Positions 61,404 through 64,000 of a stretch of 64,000 bases of DNA are shown here, piece after piece. The DNA is from Halocafeteria seosinensis (taxonomy: Eukaryota), in assembly GCA_001687465.1 (NCBI GenBank), contig LVLI01000517.1, positions 1 to 64,000 of the forward strand, given 5' to 3'. Position 1 is the first letter of the stretch; the number at the start of each line of letters is the position of its first letter. The notes beneath the pieces were generated by a model. That model was not told the origin of the DNA, ran no database searches, and saw nothing but the letters and a program-made list of their open reading frames with translations. The position numbers were made by a program, and so were the translations under genes.

Positions 61404-62078
61404 CCATTCTAATCAGCGTACGTGTTCATAAGTTTGTACAAAATTAAAGTATAGTTGGGTAGATCCACTCGGCGTTCCCGATACGGAAGATATTCACTCC
61501 CATATCATTAAAAATACTACCCAATCTCTTCCAAATGGGTTGTGCATAAGTGCCACTGGTATACCCAAAGCACTTTGAAACGGACGGATACAGAGCGGAA
61601 CGTGGAACAACTGCTACTCAGATGGGTATGAAGTGTGTAACCTGCCATATTGGTGTGGTCTGTGGTGTCCTTACCACTGTAAACTGTTTCATGCACTCTA
61701 AGATGAAGTAGGAGAAGCAGCGGCGCTAAGAAAGGGTAGGAGACTCTGCCGAACACGAAATCTAAACTCAGACCGTTGGTATGTAGTCGGGTAGTGGTAG
61801 ACTTTCGCTGACGTTTTGATGGCCTAAGACTAGTCTCCTGTGCTAGAGAGTGGCAAGGTACGTGGTCTGACTAGGTCATTCGGCCCAAAGAGAGGAATGG
61901 ACTTGAGAGATTGCTAATATAGAAAGTCGCCAAGGCGTCAGTAAACTCACCACAGCCAACGGCGTAACCGTCACAGTCTCCAGTTTAGCAGCCACCAACT
62001 GGAGGCTCTATCACAGAGTGGAGACGAACTGTCTTATGTTGCGTCAGGGAGACGTGGTCCATAGAGTATTCAATAATA

Positions 62079-62420
62079 ATGTCTAGGGCACCAGTTCCGG
62101 CACCAGCAAGGTTCGCATACAGAGGTCTGTCAGCTGCTTATCCCTCCAATAGTGACTCTGCACTCCCTACAAAAATACAGGAACTGCAAGACAAAGGCTG
62201 CGACATTGAAGAAGAATGCCCTGCATCCTAGTGTTGCCCTATCATGACGTGCATAATGGAAGACCCAGTGATCGCCAAGGACGGCTACACGTATGAACGG
62301 TCTGCGATACAGCAGTGGCTCAGCCAAACGTCTAGTTTTCCTAGAGAAAAACTTCCAGACAGTCAGCTAACTCCAAACTAGGAGTTGGGTCGATGAAACG
62401 TTGAACGATACCTAAAAATA
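62079..62420 (+). pseudogene. U-box domain pseudogene
   Basis: From ATG 62079: ...EEECPAS*CCPIMTCIMEDPVIAKDGYTYERSAIQQWLSQ..PREKL..QLTPN*ELGR*; stops at 62229, 62379 and 62394. Confidence 0.85.
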
Positions 62421-63379
62421 CTTGGTTGCAATCGCCGACTGAAAAAGGTCTCTTTCCGAGAAACGAACTCGCAGGTGTTTGCATTCATGCTTTCGAGACT
62501 CCATCGCTTACAAAATCCCGTTAGGACTTTTGATGAGGATGCTAGCCCACCAGCAGCACTCTTGAGTGCTTTATTGCTCGCTTAGAGCGTTCGCTCTTTC
62601 GGCCAGAAGTTCGACAGGCAGTTCATAAGTTGGAAGTGAAACTTTGTGCGGAGAAAATACATAATTATTGATCTACTGCGTCGACGTTCGCAACAAGCCT
62701 TCTGTCTTCTGCGGCGGAGCCCAACCGCCTTCTACCGGTAGTGTCCATTGTTTAAGTAAGACAGTTGCAGCATACTTCCTAGGTTCATGTGTATTAGTAT
62801 TGCTCCTTTTAAACAAGCGGGTTTGTTGCTCCCTTCCTTCTGAATCTTCGAGCTACATCAGCTCTATTCCCATCCATGACGAGTGGATAGAAGTTTGAAG
62901 TTCATCATAGAACTCAAGTTTTCAGCGACACACACAAGGCCCTCCAGAAGGTAGTGCCACCCGTAGTGGTCCTCACCACATAAATCTGGACATACAGTAC
63001 GCATCATATCCGCAGCAAAAGTCTATGAAAACGCATAAAGATGGAGAGAAGGGTGCAGAAGGGGAAATATGAAATCTGCTGCAAGTTGTACTCTCAACAA
63101 GTCGGCCTTCCGGTGACGGTCACCGAGTCACCGGGTGACGGCTGAATTTCCGCTGAAAGACTCGTTGTATATACACAGTAGAGTATTGACGGTAGAACCA
63201 TAAACCGCCGGAAGAAGTGTTCCTTAAACAAACAAAGTATTCCTCTGAAGCCATAGGAAACCAAGGCGTCGGACAGCAAGCAAGAACAAAGAACAAAGAG
63301 GAGCGCCCCGCGATTCATCGCCTTTTCTAAAGCTACAATACTGTAACCATGGCACGACCCATAAAGCGCCTATCATCTT

Positions 63380-63925
63380 GGTTCATCTTGCAGTGGACGC
63401 TGACGTTGATAGGGGTTGTCTTCATTGCTTTTCGTCCTCTCTTGATATCCGACAATGAGCACAAGCAACTGGACGATCCCGTCCCCAACTCCAGCTCCAA
63501 ACCCAGTGAGCCATGCCTAGTGCATCGCGTATTCTTTTCTCAGTGTGATACTCCACTGGTGTATGAATCTCAGGAGAGGGGGCGACGCTTTGCCTGCTCT
63601 GCTCGTATCGTGCCGTCGTTTTGTTCGGTTGGTAGACACCATGTCCATTGCCCAGTTCAGTTTGGCTCGTTGTTACGAGGAAAAAAACGACAACGCATGG
63701 AACCTTGTGACAACTGCATACTTGGAAATACGGGAAGAAGAATGGATTCCCTAGATATAACACTCCTGAAAGATCCTGTTTCAATGAAGGATCTTGCAGC
63801 GATGAACGTCGTACGGGAGAAGTTCGTGGGATTCTTCGGTCACTTGTTGCTAACGTGCGAAACGAACATACCGGGGCTCCTCGAAGTGAAGGATGACTTT
63901 TATCCAAGGTTTCATTGGACAACGA
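63380..63925 (+). pseudogene. Second relic of the unknown gene seen at 48500-49093
   Basis: Colinear nucleotide and peptide similarity to 48500-49093, with stops and frameshifts. Confidence 0.6.
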
Positions 63926-64000
63926 CCGACTCTGTTCGTTGGTTAGACAAGCTGGTTTATAACGGACGAGCAGATACTGCTTTTACGACTGCCAACACTA

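Noticed and set aside
1..64000. CRISPR arrays, rRNA/tRNA genes, prokaryotic operons
   Set aside because: No repeat-spacer array or structural RNA signature seen; spliceosomal introns indicate eukaryotic DNA.

Overview
Eukaryotic nuclear DNA from a compact, probably flagellated protist genome. Evidence: standard code, short 64-84 nt GT-AG introns, a Rab28 gene and a mitochondrion-targeted Oxa1/Cox18 gene; the taxon cannot be determined from sequence alone. About 30 kb (9.3-41.5 kb, plus an inverted copy at ~49-51.5 kb) is a birth-and-death array of one surface-protein family. Its architecture is a long leader/signal, 1-2 Gly/Cys-rich GLUG-like beta-helix modules, a Ser/Thr stalk, a TM helix and a conserved ~320-aa cytoplasmic tail. 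Two copies look intact; the rest are truncated, disrupted or relics. A 3,888-bp Mutator-like transposon (82-bp TIRs, 9-bp TSD) sits in the array. Its transposase carries a C-terminal chromodomain, and it is inserted into a decayed chromodomain-like sequence. The standout gene (52883-61403) encodes a ~2,816-aa STAND/NLR-like protein (DUF4062-like TIR-clan domain, NACHT, WD40) ending in a prokaryote-like LSDAT/TRPM-type SLOG domain, i.e. a candidate nucleotide-signal writer and reader in one polypeptide. Also present: an LRR gene, a HLHHY membrane-protein gene, an EF-hand-like gene, a U-box pseudogene and two relic copies of an unknown gene. All domain calls are by motif recognition only; no searches were run.
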